The notes beneath the pieces are model-generated. The model was not told the origin of the DNA, made no database searches, and saw only the letters and a list, made by a program, of their open reading frames with translations. From the IMG/VR virus record IMGVR_UViG_3300042731_007874: a stretch of DNA of 64,000 nucleotides; one strand, given 5' to 3'. Of the stretch, positions 54,468 through 63,870 are shown one piece after another (positions within the stretch are counted from its first letter, which is position 1; the number at the start of each line of letters is the position of its first letter). This stretch comes from a virus. A program made the translations under genes and the position numbers.

Positions 54468-57400
54468 TCAGTTAAGTAAACTTTTAGAGTTGGTTTCAAT
54501 TATCTCTTTGTATTTATTGGCCTGCACCCACTGAGATTCACTAGTGGTCTCAGATGGGATAAACTCAACAATACAGTCAGAAAGATGAACTTTAATAGGA
54601 GATAGCTCTTTCTTTACAAAAGATGGGTTAATAAGATTATTTATAATAAGTTTAACGATTGGAGGACTATCGTCTTGTTGTATCAGTCCAACTCTGGCAT
54701 CAGCAATAAAGATTCGGTCTTCTTTTGCTTTCTCTTTAACTTTTTCCCAGGTCTTTGGAAAAATAGTTGCATCTAACTTACCAGTTTGATCTTCTACAAG
54801 GAGAGTTGCATAGTTTTGTTTCTTTTTGGAGCACTTTGTTTTTAAAGAAGAAACAATTATTGGAAGATGAATCTTTTCTTTATCTTTAACCTCTCCTGCT
54901 TGTAGATCTTTAATCTGGTATTTATAATTCGACAACACCTTAGAATAATCATCTAATGGATGTCCTGTCAAATAGAATCCAAGTGTTTTGCGTTCTAAAC
55001 GAAGCCTTTCTTTTCTAGACATCTCTTCTGGTTCTGGCAAAACAAGATCTACTGGTTTGTTTTCTTCTTTCATTTTTGGTAATCTTCTTGGTGGTTTATC
55101 TCCTCTCTCAACTGCTTCTTTAATTTCTTTATTTCTTACTTCTCGTTTCTTTATTCCTTCTTCCCATTTTAGTTTTCGTTTTTGTATTGCAATAAGTTCT
55201 TCAATGTTTTCAACAATTTGATGGCGGCCAAGAGAAGAAATTCCTTCTAACGCGCCACATTCTGCCAATGCTTCAATATTGTTTTTTGGTATTTTGTTAA
55301 TAACTAAATCTGCCAAGGAAGTAAACCCTTCACTTGGTCGTTTCTCTACCAAAGAACTACAAGCTTTTTCTCCTAATCCCTTTATTCCTGACAAGCCAAA
55401 AACAATGGTTCCATTATCAATAGTAAACTTACTATAAGATCTATTTACGTCTGGAGGAACTAACGGAATCTCTTTAGTTCTAATTGCATAAATATATTTA
55501 ATAATATCATCTTGATTTTCACAGTTGTTTAAAATAGCTGTATAAAATTCTACAGGATAGTGGGCCTTTAACCATCCAGTCCAGTATGACAAGAATGAAT
55601 AGGCACATGCATGTCCAAGACAAAATCCATATGCTGCAAACCCCTCAATCTCTTCAAATAATTTATTAGCTAAACTTTTATCAGTTCCATTTTTAATACA
55701 TCCAGAAATGAATTTTTCTTTTTCTGCTTTCATTTTTTCTGGAATCTTTTTGCCAACTATGCGGCGCATATTATCGGCTTCTGTATCAGAATAACCTGCA
55801 ACAGCAATACAGATTCTAGAAATTTGTTCTTGAAAAACAATAAGTCCATAAGTATCTTTTAGTATCTCTTCTAGTTCTGGAATATCTAATTTATATTTTT
55901 CTCCTTGTCTTCTTTTTATATAGGTTTCTGCAACACCACTAGACAAAGGTCCTGGACGATAGATGGCCGTACATGCAGAGAGATCTTCTATCTTGTTTGG
56001 TTTAACTTGCATGCATAATTCTTTAAATCCAGCTGAGGTCTCAAACTGGAAAATTCCATCTAGGTCACCATTATGAAAAAGCTTATAGGTTTTAGGATCT
56101 CCGTCTTCTAAAGACAATAAGTTAATCTCTTTACCAGTTGTTTCTTTAATAAAGTTTCTGGTATCAGAAATAATTGACAAAGTTTTTAGTCCCAAGAAGT
56201 CAAACTTAACAAGACCAATGTCTTCAATATCCTTCATATCAAACTGGGAAGCAGTTTCTCCATTTCGACCGGCAAATAAAGGAATAATTTCATTAACGGG
56301 GTCATCTGAAATAACAACTCCTGCTGCATGAATCCCCATTTGCATTTTAAGACCTTCTGATTTGCGTGCTAAATCAACTACTTCAGGATATTTTGTGTTT
56401 AGAAGATCTTTACTTTTTTCTAGTATTTCATTAAACTTTTGTGTTTTTCCTGCAATATCTCCAGGAATTAAACTTGCTAAATAATCTTGCACTGAAGGAG
56501 AATAGCCTAGCACCCTTGCAAAAGCTCTTAAAGATCCTCTTGGTTTAAATTCTGCATATGTGCCAATTTGAGCAACTTTATCAGATCCATATTTTGACAT
56601 AATATATTTAAGTAATTCATTTCTTCTGTTTCGATCAGCGTCATAGTCAATATCTGGAAGAGAGACTCTAGATTTATTTAGAAACCGAGAGAAAGGAAGT
56701 TTATATTTAATTGGATCTACGTGTGTAATTCTCAAAGAATAACAAACTAAACTAGCAGAACTAGATCCTCTGCCAGGAGAAGGAGTAAAATTGTTTTGTT
56801 CACACCAGTTAGCAAAATCTTGTACTATAAGAAAATAATTTGAGAACCCCATTTCTTTAATCACTTCAAGCTCATAGTCTAATCGATTTTGGTATTCTTT
56901 TGTTATATTATTAGGAAAACGTTTACATAATCCGGCTTGGGCCAAACTCTTAAGTTCTCCTTCTGCTGATTTATTAGTTGATATTTTATATACTGGCCAA
57001 ATAGTTCTAGAATGATCCCATTCTACGTTACATTTTGATGCAATTTCATTTGTTATATCAAGAGCAGGATAATATTTAGGATCAAACATTTCTTCCATTT
57101 CGCCGCGACTCTTGAACCAATTTTGATTTGAATCAAATATAAGATCTCCTGATGTTATTTTACATACATGATTATGTAATACATGATCTTCTTTATTTTG
57201 ATAATGGGCGTCTTGAGTAATAACTAAAGGAATATTTATTTCTTCAGAAACAAGTTCTAAGCAATTATTTAATCCAAGCTGCCAGCTTAAATTATGATTT
57301 TGTATTTCTATATAAAAATTATCTTTAAATATTTCTTTAAGAACTTTTGCATGTTTGAGAGCCTGGCTATATTTATCCTCTAAAATATTAACAGCAATAT

Positions 57401-57845
57401 GACCACTGCCGCATCCAGAAAGCACTACAAGCCCTTCTGAGTGCTCTTTAAGCAGTTCTATATCACAGCGTGGCTTCCCATAATAGAGACCATCTTGCCA
57501 GCTTCTGGAGGTTAGTCGAAATATGTTTTTCAAGCCTTCTTTGTTTTTGGCAAAAACAGTTAAATGATAAGAAGTTTTAGAATAGTTTTCTAGTCTTTCT
57601 TTTGTAAATCTACTTTCTGGGGCAACATATAATTCAATTCCATAGATAGGTTTTATATCTGCTTTTTTGCATTCTTTCTGTAACTTAAGTAAACCTCCTG
57701 CTCTACCATGATCGGTAACAGCAACAGCGGACATTTCAAGACTTTTAGCCTTTGTTACAATCTGTTTTACAGTTTGAATTCCGTCTTGTGGTGAATAATC
57801 TGAGCTAACCTAATGAGTGTGGAGATGAATAAAATTCTTCCCCAC
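54468..57845 (-). CDS. dnaE: DNA polymerase III alpha subunit; reading frame interrupted near the 5' end by an in-frame TAG (57810-57812)
   Basis: SD AAAGGA plus GTG at 57845 gives VGKNFIHLHTH*VSSDYSPQDG...TDHG...GIELY; downstream PGRGS, PDIDYD, HAAGVVI, KFDFLGL, YGF..HA.AY and OB-fold are intact. Confidence 0.92.
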
Positions 57846-57886
57846 ACTCGTAATTCCTTTCTGATTAGTATTCATTTTTACTAAAT

Positions 57887-58078
57887 CTATCCTCTTTCTA
57901 TATCAAACAATAAGTTTCTTTTAATACATCTTTTTGTTTTTTCTTTTATTCTTTTCTTTATTTCAGCTTCTATACTTTTCGGAGAACTGCCATAAAGATT
58001 TTCAACCATAAATTCCTTATGAATTATTTTAGTTAATTCATCCCAAAGGCTATCTTCTATATTAATTAGTATTTGCAT
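57887..58078 (-). CDS. Hypothetical protein
   Basis: 63 aa, coupled to the upstream gene. Confidence 0.5.
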   Translation of the reverse strand: MQILINIEDSLWDELTKIIHKEFMVENLYGSSPKSIEAEIKKRIKEKTKRCIKRNLLFDIERG

Positions 58079-58559
58079 CTTTATTATAACGAAAGGTGTG
58101 GCTGTCTACGATTATAGGATTATAGCTATTAGATCTTCTAATGATAGATTGAAGAATCTTCAGTTCAGAACGATAGCAAATCTTTAGAAAAGGAAAAATT
58201 CTTTCTGTTTTCAAATTAACCCCACCTTTATATAAAGTTTTGTTGTACGCCTCGTAAAGACTCCAGCCTAGAGGTATTTCTCCGGGTTTCACTATACCTG
58301 GATTAGTGAAATAGATTCTGTAGTTTCCAACGCCTCTAAAGTATTCTTGTCTTGCTGGTTTCATTTTGTCTTTCAAGAAGTCTTTACGAGAAGCTTTACA
58401 TTCAATTAGAATAGAACAGTTACTTTTCCATCCAATTACATCTGGTATCTCTCTAGATAGAGTGTCTGTCGTAAGTTCTTTAGCAATTATTTTACAACCA
58501 ATAGTTTTTTGAAGCCAAATAGCAGCTTTATCTACTAATTCTTTGTGTGTAAATTTCAT
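58062..58559 (-). CDS. MmcB-like PD-(D/E)XK nuclease
   Basis: EIPDVIGW...ILIECKASRKDFLKD, G.G.YR.Y, ELP.GW-like IPLGW. Confidence 0.7.
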   Translation of the reverse strand: MKFTHKELVDKAAIWLQKTIGCKIIAKELTTDTLSREIPDVIGWKSNCSILIECKASRKDFLKDKMKPARQEYFRGVGNYRIYFTNPGIVKPGEIPLGWSLYEAYNKTLYKGGVNLKTERIFPFLKICYRSELKILQSIIRRSNSYNPIIVDSHTFRYNKDANTN

Positions 58560-58560
58560 T

Positions 58561-59205
58561 TCAGGCTGAAGTTTGATCTGTTATAAAGTTAACGTTTCCA
58601 TTTCCCTCAAGATAACAAAAGGAAGTTCCTTTTTGGTCTTTCTCTATTTTATATTCAACTGTTCCATGAAAATCTTTAATAATGGTTGCTAGTCTAGAAG
58701 AAGATAATTCTTCTACTTTTGGATTGAAACTTAAGACTTCTTTTAGTAAGAAAACTCCTACAAGACCGGCGTCGGCACAAAAATACCCTAAGACTGAGTT
58801 GTTTTCTTTATTAAGTGTAGTACAACCCCAATCTCCATATATTGTTCCTTCCCAAATATAGTTAGTAAAGCCAAAGTTTTCTAATCCTTCTCCTGTATAA
58901 ATATTTAACTCGTTTGAATCCCATAGGGTTCTTCCTTCTTTAAATACATCTCCTTTGTCAATATAACAAGGATCTGTAATAATAATATCTCCATCAAATC
59001 TCTTAATAATTGGATTTGAAATGACAAGTATAGAATTTTGATTTCTTTTAATAAGATTCTTTCCTATTAGTTGACTAACAGAAGATCTAAATTCTTCTTC
59101 TGTATAAAAATGAAAAGTTATAAGATCTTTTTTTAGTTTTTCTTCGTTTGTTTCTATATTTCGTTTCACAATATCAAATATTTCTGTTTCTGTATAAGTT
59201 AACAT
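58561..59205 (-). CDS. Conserved phage hypothetical protein
   Basis: IITDPCY...YGDW...FCADAGLVGVF motif pattern. Confidence 0.6.
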   Translation of the reverse strand: MLTYTETEIFDIVKRNIETNEEKLKKDLITFHFYTEEEFRSSVSQLIGKNLIKRNQNSILVISNPIIKRFDGDIIITDPCYIDKGDVFKEGRTLWDSNELNIYTGEGLENFGFTNYIWEGTIYGDWGCTTLNKENNSVLGYFCADAGLVGVFLLKEVLSFNPKVEELSSSRLATIIKDFHGTVEYKIEKDQKGTSFCYLEGNGNVNFITDQTSA

Positions 59206-59214
59206 TTTTGTCTC

Positions 59215-59361
59215 CTATCTTAGGCTAAGTTTTATAACTATTAAAAGTACTAAACAAACTAAAAGATCAGAAATAGACCCATAGTAAACTAGTGCACCAA
59301 TTCCTCCACCAAGTACAATAAGCCAAAATATTTTTATTATAAGATCTACTAAATATGGCAT
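59215..59361 (-). CDS. 48-aa predicted membrane protein (below ORF-track cutoff)
   Basis: MPYLVDLIIKIFWLIVLGGGIGALVYYGSISDLLVCLVLLIVIKLSLR; fills the gap between def and the next gene. Confidence 0.55.
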   Translation of the reverse strand: MPYLVDLIIKIFWLIVLGGGIGALVYYGSISDLLVCLVLLIVIKLSLR

Positions 59362-59371
59362 TATTCTTTCC

Positions 59372-59914
59372 CTATTCAGAACTCTTATTTGTTTTTACTA
59401 AATTTTTAAATTGTCTTTTTCTCTTAGTTAGTTCTCTCATTAACTTAGCTCTGTATACTTTACTGGTTCTTTGTGCAATGGTAATTCCATTTAGATGATC
59501 TATCTCATGTTGTATTATGCGGGCTTCAAGATCTTGAAATATTTCAATTTGTTCTTTAAAATCTTTGTCTATGTAGTTGACAAGAACTTCAGTTGCTCTC
59601 TTGATTTCTATTTCTGCTCCCAAGAAACTTAAACAACCTTCTCTTCTTAAATCAGAACCAGAAGAATTAACAATTCTAGGATTAATCATAATTTGTTTAT
59701 AAATTCCAGAATCTATATAAATAATAGGTAATTTATATCCTATCTGTGGCGCGGCAATCCCGTTTGCATTATATTCTTTTACTATAGATTTCATCTCATT
59801 TATTACAAATGTGACAAACTCTTTAAAAGGTGGATCTTTCTCTATCTCTTCTAGATCTATAGGAACTTGTTCTGACAACAAAAGTTTATTCGGATAAATA
59901 ATTAATCTACTCAT
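59372..59914 (-). CDS. def: Peptide deformylase
   Basis: Motifs GIAAPQIG, EGCLS, QHEIDHLNG; start set at MSRL (59914). Confidence 0.95.
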   Translation of the reverse strand: MSRLIIYPNKLLLSEQVPIDLEEIEKDPPFKEFVTFVINEMKSIVKEYNANGIAAPQIGYKLPIIYIDSGIYKQIMINPRIVNSSGSDLRREGCLSFLGAEIEIKRATEVLVNYIDKDFKEQIEIFQDLEARIIQHEIDHLNGITIAQRTSKVYRAKLMRELTKRKRQFKNLVKTNKSSE

Positions 59915-60455
59915 TTGACTTCTCCATAGCACAAGGGGTTATCTCAAAACATTTCTGATACCATTCACAAGGTGGTCTCATATAAGAAGCTAATATTTGG
60001 TCATATTCGTCTGTTGATTTAGCAAGTTGATCTTTAAATTGTTTAAAGACTTCTCTTGTTTCTTTTGCTGCTTTATTACAGAGTCTTGCTTTTGCAATGT
60101 TTAAGATTGCGTTTACATTTAGATCCAGAACCATATTTATAAGTTTACCTTGTTTCTCTTCGGCGCGGGGGATAAGATTATTATTCCTATCATCTCTTTG
60201 TGAAAAGATATAAGGCTGAGAACCGATATGATGTCTAGAATAATGAGTTGCGACCCAAGAGGGAACATCATAAATAAAGAGTCTGTATTCAACAGCTCTT
60301 ATTGGAGAATGAGGAACTCCTCCTGCAGTGTTCAATAGAGAACTCCATAGCCTGGTAGAAATTGGCTTTAGAGAAGTTATCTGTCCTCCAGAGGTTGCTT
60401 TAATTGTTCCAGAAATATATTTTGGCCCACATTTTCTAATATAGTTAACCTTCAT
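59907..60455 (-). CDS. thyX: Flavin-dependent thymidylate synthase (phage-type)
   Basis: HSPIR, SWVATHYSRH...SQR, N..A.LN.A..RLC..A..ETR; start set at MKVNY (60455). Confidence 0.7.
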   Translation of the reverse strand: MKVNYIRKCGPKYISGTIKATSGGQITSLKPISTRLWSSLLNTAGGVPHSPIRAVEYRLFIYDVPSWVATHYSRHHIGSQPYIFSQRDDRNNNLIPRAEEKQGKLINMVLDLNVNAILNIAKARLCNKAAKETREVFKQFKDQLAKSTDEYDQILASYMRPPCEWYQKCFEITPCAMEKSNE

Positions 60456-60466
60456 TATTGGTCTCT

Positions 60467-60619
60467 TTAGATTTTTTTGTTTTCTTTTTGAACATAATCC
60501 CAACAGAAACCTTTAACCTTAAATTTGCAGTTCTTACATTCTATAAATATATCAAAAGACTTATCATATCTACCTTTTTGTTCTTTTGTTTTCCCGCAAT
60601 TTGGACACTTGATTCTCAT
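60467..60619 (-). CDS. 50-aa zinc-ribbon protein (below ORF-track cutoff)
   Basis: MRIKCPNCGKTKEQKGRYDKSFDIFIECKNCKFKVKGFCWDYVQKENKKI; SD AGGAGG. Confidence 0.7.
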   Translation of the reverse strand: MRIKCPNCGKTKEQKGRYDKSFDIFIECKNCKFKVKGFCWDYVQKENKKI

Positions 60620-60628
60620 ATATACCTC

Positions 60629-61261
60629 CTAGAGATCTATTACAATAGGTTTGTTCTTAGGTTTATATTTTCTTGTACAAATAGATGCATTTACAAAAGT
60701 AGTTTTATTTATAACCTTAATACCATAAGCTTCATGAATATGACCAAAGACATGTAGTTTTAGATTTTTTAGATCTTGTAGTCTTTCTTCAAGTGTTTTA
60801 GATCCGGCTCTATCAAGATCTTCTGTTCTGTCTAAAATATAAAATGGAGGTCCATGAGTAACTAAAATGTCTGTGTTATTTGGGATGAAGTCCCATAGCT
60901 TTCTAAGTTGAATTTCGTCATCTCCCATAAAGGCCCAGTTATAAAAGTTAGGAGTATATGGAGAGCCATAAATTTTTAAACCTTCTATTTCGAGAGAGCA
61001 GTTTTCTAAGTAAAAAGTATTTTGATCTGTGATTATATTTCTTGCCCAGTCTAAATTATAAAAACACCAATCATGATTTCCAGCAATAATAATTTTATAT
61101 TTATGAGGCTGTTTGTTAAGAAATCTTTTAAACCTTACTAAATCAGGAAGTTGTCCAATGTTAGTACAGTCCCCTGCATGGATTAAGATATCTCCTTCAG
61201 GGATAGAATGCTCCATTTCATCATGAAGAGCATGAGTGTCTGATATACAAACTATACGCAT
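60629..61261 (-). CDS. Calcineurin-like metallophosphoesterase (MPPED2-like)
   Basis: SDTH, HAGD, GNHD, THGPP, FGHIHE. Confidence 0.92.
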   Translation of the reverse strand: MRIVCISDTHALHDEMEHSIPEGDILIHAGDCTNIGQLPDLVRFKRFLNKQPHKYKIIIAGNHDWCFYNLDWARNIITDQNTFYLENCSLEIEGLKIYGSPYTPNFYNWAFMGDDEIQLRKLWDFIPNNTDILVTHGPPFYILDRTEDLDRAGSKTLEERLQDLKNLKLHVFGHIHEAYGIKVINKTTFVNASICTRKYKPKNKPIVIDL

Positions 61262-61270
61262 AATTTTCCT

Positions 61271-61651
61271 TTATAAATACTTATAGATTACTACAACTTC
61301 TTTTTTATTTAAGGTTGTTTGGCCTTTCCATTCGATAATCTCTTTTATGTATCTATCTAATTCTTTAATGTTTTGAAAGTAATTTTTTTTTAAATACAAA
61401 CAAAAGATATATGGTTTTTTTATTAAAGTATATGCTCCATATCTTAATAGGAGATTCTGTGCAAGTTTAGTCCTTGCTTCACGTAGATTATTTGCCGAGT
61501 CAGAAAGAAATTCTGTTTTAAAATCAAGTACATTATTTTTATTCCTAGAAACAAAAACAATATCACTGTTTTTTCCATATCTTATTCTTACTAAAGTTCT
61601 TATTGTTTTTTCTTTAATCTTGTCTATTGCATCAGAAAGATAATTATTCAT
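61271..61651 (-). CDS. Hypothetical protein
   Basis: 126 aa basic ORF, coupled to neighbours. Confidence 0.55.
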   Translation of the reverse strand: MNNYLSDAIDKIKEKTIRTLVRIRYGKNSDIVFVSRNKNNVLDFKTEFLSDSANNLREARTKLAQNLLLRYGAYTLIKKPYIFCLYLKKNYFQNIKELDRYIKEIIEWKGQTTLNKKEVVVIYKYL

Positions 61652-61653
61652 TC

Positions 61654-61965
61654 TTAAACCTCATTATTTGTTTCAACAGTTAGATTAAAGCCTGCTTGAC
61701 ATGCAGCGCTGACAGAATAGTTTCCGTGACCATGAAATACATTAATGCCCATTTCTTCAGCTAGATCGTTTTCGAATACTGATATAGCTGCGTTAAGTTC
61801 ATCGACATTTCCCTCGGGAATACCAGAATAGTAACCCCAAACATCTCCTTGGAAATCGCTTTGGTCACGAAGATAGCTATACCAATTTTCAGCGATCTCT
61901 ATTATATCACTCCAGTTCTCGGTTTCTTCTGTAGCATTTCCATCTGAAATTATATATATGGTCAT
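61654..61965 (-). CDS. Hypothetical acidic protein
   Basis: Probable start MTIYIISDG (61965); the track extends it upstream to a GTG. Confidence 0.55.
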   Translation of the reverse strand: MTIYIISDGNATEETENWSDIIEIAENWYSYLRDQSDFQGDVWGYYSGIPEGNVDELNAAISVFENDLAEEMGINVFHGHGNYSVSAACQAGFNLTVETNNEV

Positions 61966-62059
61966 TCTCTTACTCTTTTCTTGTTTGTTAGAGAAAGCTC
62001 CAAGGGTTTTTGTTATATGGATTATATATCTCACCTCTATGGTCTTTTTGATCTTCTTC

Positions 62060-62275
62060 TTATGTTTCTATAGAAGCTTCTTCTACTAATCTTAAAAGAC
62101 AAAGAGGCCAGTTAACATAAGGACTATTTTGTTTTAAATATTCTTTAGAAAAAGAATCGAGTTTTATTTGTGCAGTATTAGGTAAAAGATTATATATTTG
62201 GCCATATCCTCGTAAATGATCAGAAGAATCTATAAGTGCAACTATATCTCCAATTTCAAATTTTCTTGTTTCCAT
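62060..62275 (-). CDS. Small SH3/KOW-like hypothetical protein
   Basis: FEIGDIVAL...GQI pattern. Confidence 0.5.
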   Translation of the reverse strand: METRKFEIGDIVALIDSSDHLRGYGQIYNLLPNTAQIKLDSFSKEYLKQNSPYVNWPLCLLRLVEEASIET

Positions 62276-62281
62276 TTTTAT

Positions 62282-62509
62282 TTAATCCCAACGTCTTTCG
62301 CAAGCTAAGTCAAATGGGTCTGGAGATTCAGGATAGTTAGCAGGATATAATTTTACATCATTAGGATTGACCATTTCGCATTCTTCTTTAGTACCAAACC
62401 AATATCCGATCATTGGATTCTCACCATATCCGCTACCGTTATCATCGTCTGTATAAACTTCAGCTCTCCAGCCACCCTCACCACATATTACCTGTTTTAT
62501 CTTTGTCAT
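62282..62509 (-). CDS. Hypothetical protein
   Basis: SD AAGGAG; 75 aa. Confidence 0.55.
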   Translation of the reverse strand: MTKIKQVICGEGGWRAEVYTDDDNGSGYGENPMIGYWFGTKEECEMVNPNDVKLYPANYPESPDPFDLACERRWD

Positions 62510-62526
62510 GTTGTTTGTTTCTCCTT

Positions 62527-63111
62527 TTAAATCCTTTCAAGTATAATTCTAGACCAGTTTTCTAGGTTGGGTTCTTTTAAAAGTTCTTCTTTGGTTTTCC
62601 ATGAAATATTTTTCAATTCTTTAGCTCGCGGGAGTGGAAGAAAGTCAATCTCTATTTGTAAAACAACCCCAAAATGAACTCTTCCTACACTGTCTGATGG
62701 ATCATATAATAGCCCTATTGTTTCTCCTCTATAATGAAACTCTTGCTTTAATATAACTTCTTCATCGATTTCGCGCTTTGCGCAGTTAAATATGACATAT
62801 CTACTATCTTTGTCTTTAAAGTCTATTGGATTTATATGTCCACCAATACCGATAGAAGTCTTGTTATGAAGTCGAGTTTCTCTACTTGTTTTAGAGCGCT
62901 GATAAGAAAGTATTTTATCTTCATTTACAAAGACAACATATGGAATTATCTGAAGATAATCTTCATTCTTTTCTGCTTTTTCTCTATCCATAAAGAAAGA
63001 GGTAGGTAGAACATTATCAAAAAAGTTCAAGATAGAATTATTATCTTTATAACAAAACTTAAAGGTTAAATTTTCTAAAAGTTTTTTCTGAAAGACTAAA
63101 ACTTGCTCCAT
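62527..63111 (-). CDS. NUDIX-family phosphoesterase (YmaB/COG4112-like)
   Basis: YLQIIPYVV, YQR....E.RLH...SIGIGGHIN, AKREIDEEV, D..GRVHFG, LENWSRI. Confidence 0.85.
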   Translation of the reverse strand: MEQVLVFQKKLLENLTFKFCYKDNNSILNFFDNVLPTSFFMDREKAEKNEDYLQIIPYVVFVNEDKILSYQRSKTSRETRLHNKTSIGIGGHINPIDFKDKDSRYVIFNCAKREIDEEVILKQEFHYRGETIGLLYDPSDSVGRVHFGVVLQIEIDFLPLPRAKELKNISWKTKEELLKEPNLENWSRIILERI

Positions 63112-63257
63112 TAACGAATCCTCCTAATAATAAAAACAAATACTAAAATTATAACAGTTGTAAATAATAACCATTTGAGTAATAGTCCAACAAAAATTCC
63201 TATAAACAAACTAACTATAAATAATAATAGAAATAATTTGAATTTTTCTTTATACAT
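63111..63257 (-). CDS. 48-aa predicted two-helix membrane protein (below ORF-track cutoff)
   Basis: MYKEKFKLFLLLFIVSLFIGIFVGLLLKWLLFTTVIILVFVFIIRRIR; overlaps both neighbours. Confidence 0.55.
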   Translation of the reverse strand: MYKEKFKLFLLLFIVSLFIGIFVGLLLKWLLFTTVIILVFVFIIRRIR

Positions 63258-63870
63258 TTTTCTCTAAATCTTTTTTAAATTGTTGAATATAACCCCAAAC
63301 TTTTTGTTTCTTTTCTATTTGTTTCTCTGACCACTTTGATAAATGTAAAATACTAGCTGGGTGTGTCATTACAAATATAGGGATTTGCTTATAAATATAA
63401 TTAACCCATTTTCCTTCATAATCTCTCATTTTTAATTTAGGGTTTCTTGATAATTGACAAAGAGCAGTTCTTCCACAAGCAATTATTACTTTTGGATCTA
63501 TAATCTCTATAAATTCATCTAAATATTGACGACATTTCTTTAAAGATTCTTCTGGGGGAGATAGATTTTGTCTTCCTGATTCTCTTGGAGCGACTGGTCT
63601 ACATAAAATAGAATTTGTCAGAATCATATCTTTGTTGGTGTCTATATCTATGGCAGCCATAATCTTGTCGAGAAGCTGCCCAGCAGGTTCTACAAACGGC
63701 TTCTGTTGCTCTTGCTCTACCTTTCCTAATCCTTCGCCGACCAGCAACAGAGAAGATTCTGGATTGCCTCTGTAAAGAACAGGAGGTCCTCCATCTTTAT
63801 GGAGAGAACAATTTTTACATTCTTTTACATATTTTTCTAGATCTTTAATTTTTTCTAATTTAGTTTTCAT
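63250..63870 (-). CDS. Uracil-DNA glycosylase family 4 (Fe-S)
   Basis: CxxCxL, VGEG.G..E.....PFV..AG, TNSILCRP, C, MTHPASIL. Confidence 0.88.
   Translation of the reverse strand: MKTKLEKIKDLEKYVKECKNCSLHKDGGPPVLYRGNPESSLLLVGEGLGKVEQEQQKPFVEPAGQLLDKIMAAIDIDTNKDMILTNSILCRPVAPRESGRQNLSPPEESLKKCRQYLDEFIEIIDPKVIIACGRTALCQLSRNPKLKMRDYEGKWVNYIYKQIPIFVMTHPASILHLSKWSEKQIEKKQKVWGYIQQFKKDLEKNV

Noticed and set aside
46591-57734. Inteins in primase-helicase or DnaE
   Set aside because: Lengths are normal, and no C/S...HN splice motifs or LAGLIDADG blocks interrupt the conserved motifs.
57804-57812. Group I/II intron, BHB intron, matched-codon hop or target-site duplication as the mechanism of the 9-nt insert
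   Set aside because: Too short for a ribozyme; no single cut gives both a 5' exon U and a terminal G in frame; no convincing 4-bp BHB helix; no His landing codon before TCA; TTAG is absent from the restored sequence, so it is not a target-site duplication. The mechanism is left open.
1109-60757. Short antisense or alternative-frame ORFs in the track (e.g. 1109-1336, 10668-10907, 27728-28042, 48713-48949, 54988-55221, 60458-60757)
   Set aside because: They are nested in longer motif-bearing genes and lack SDs or recognisable motifs; they are shadow ORFs.
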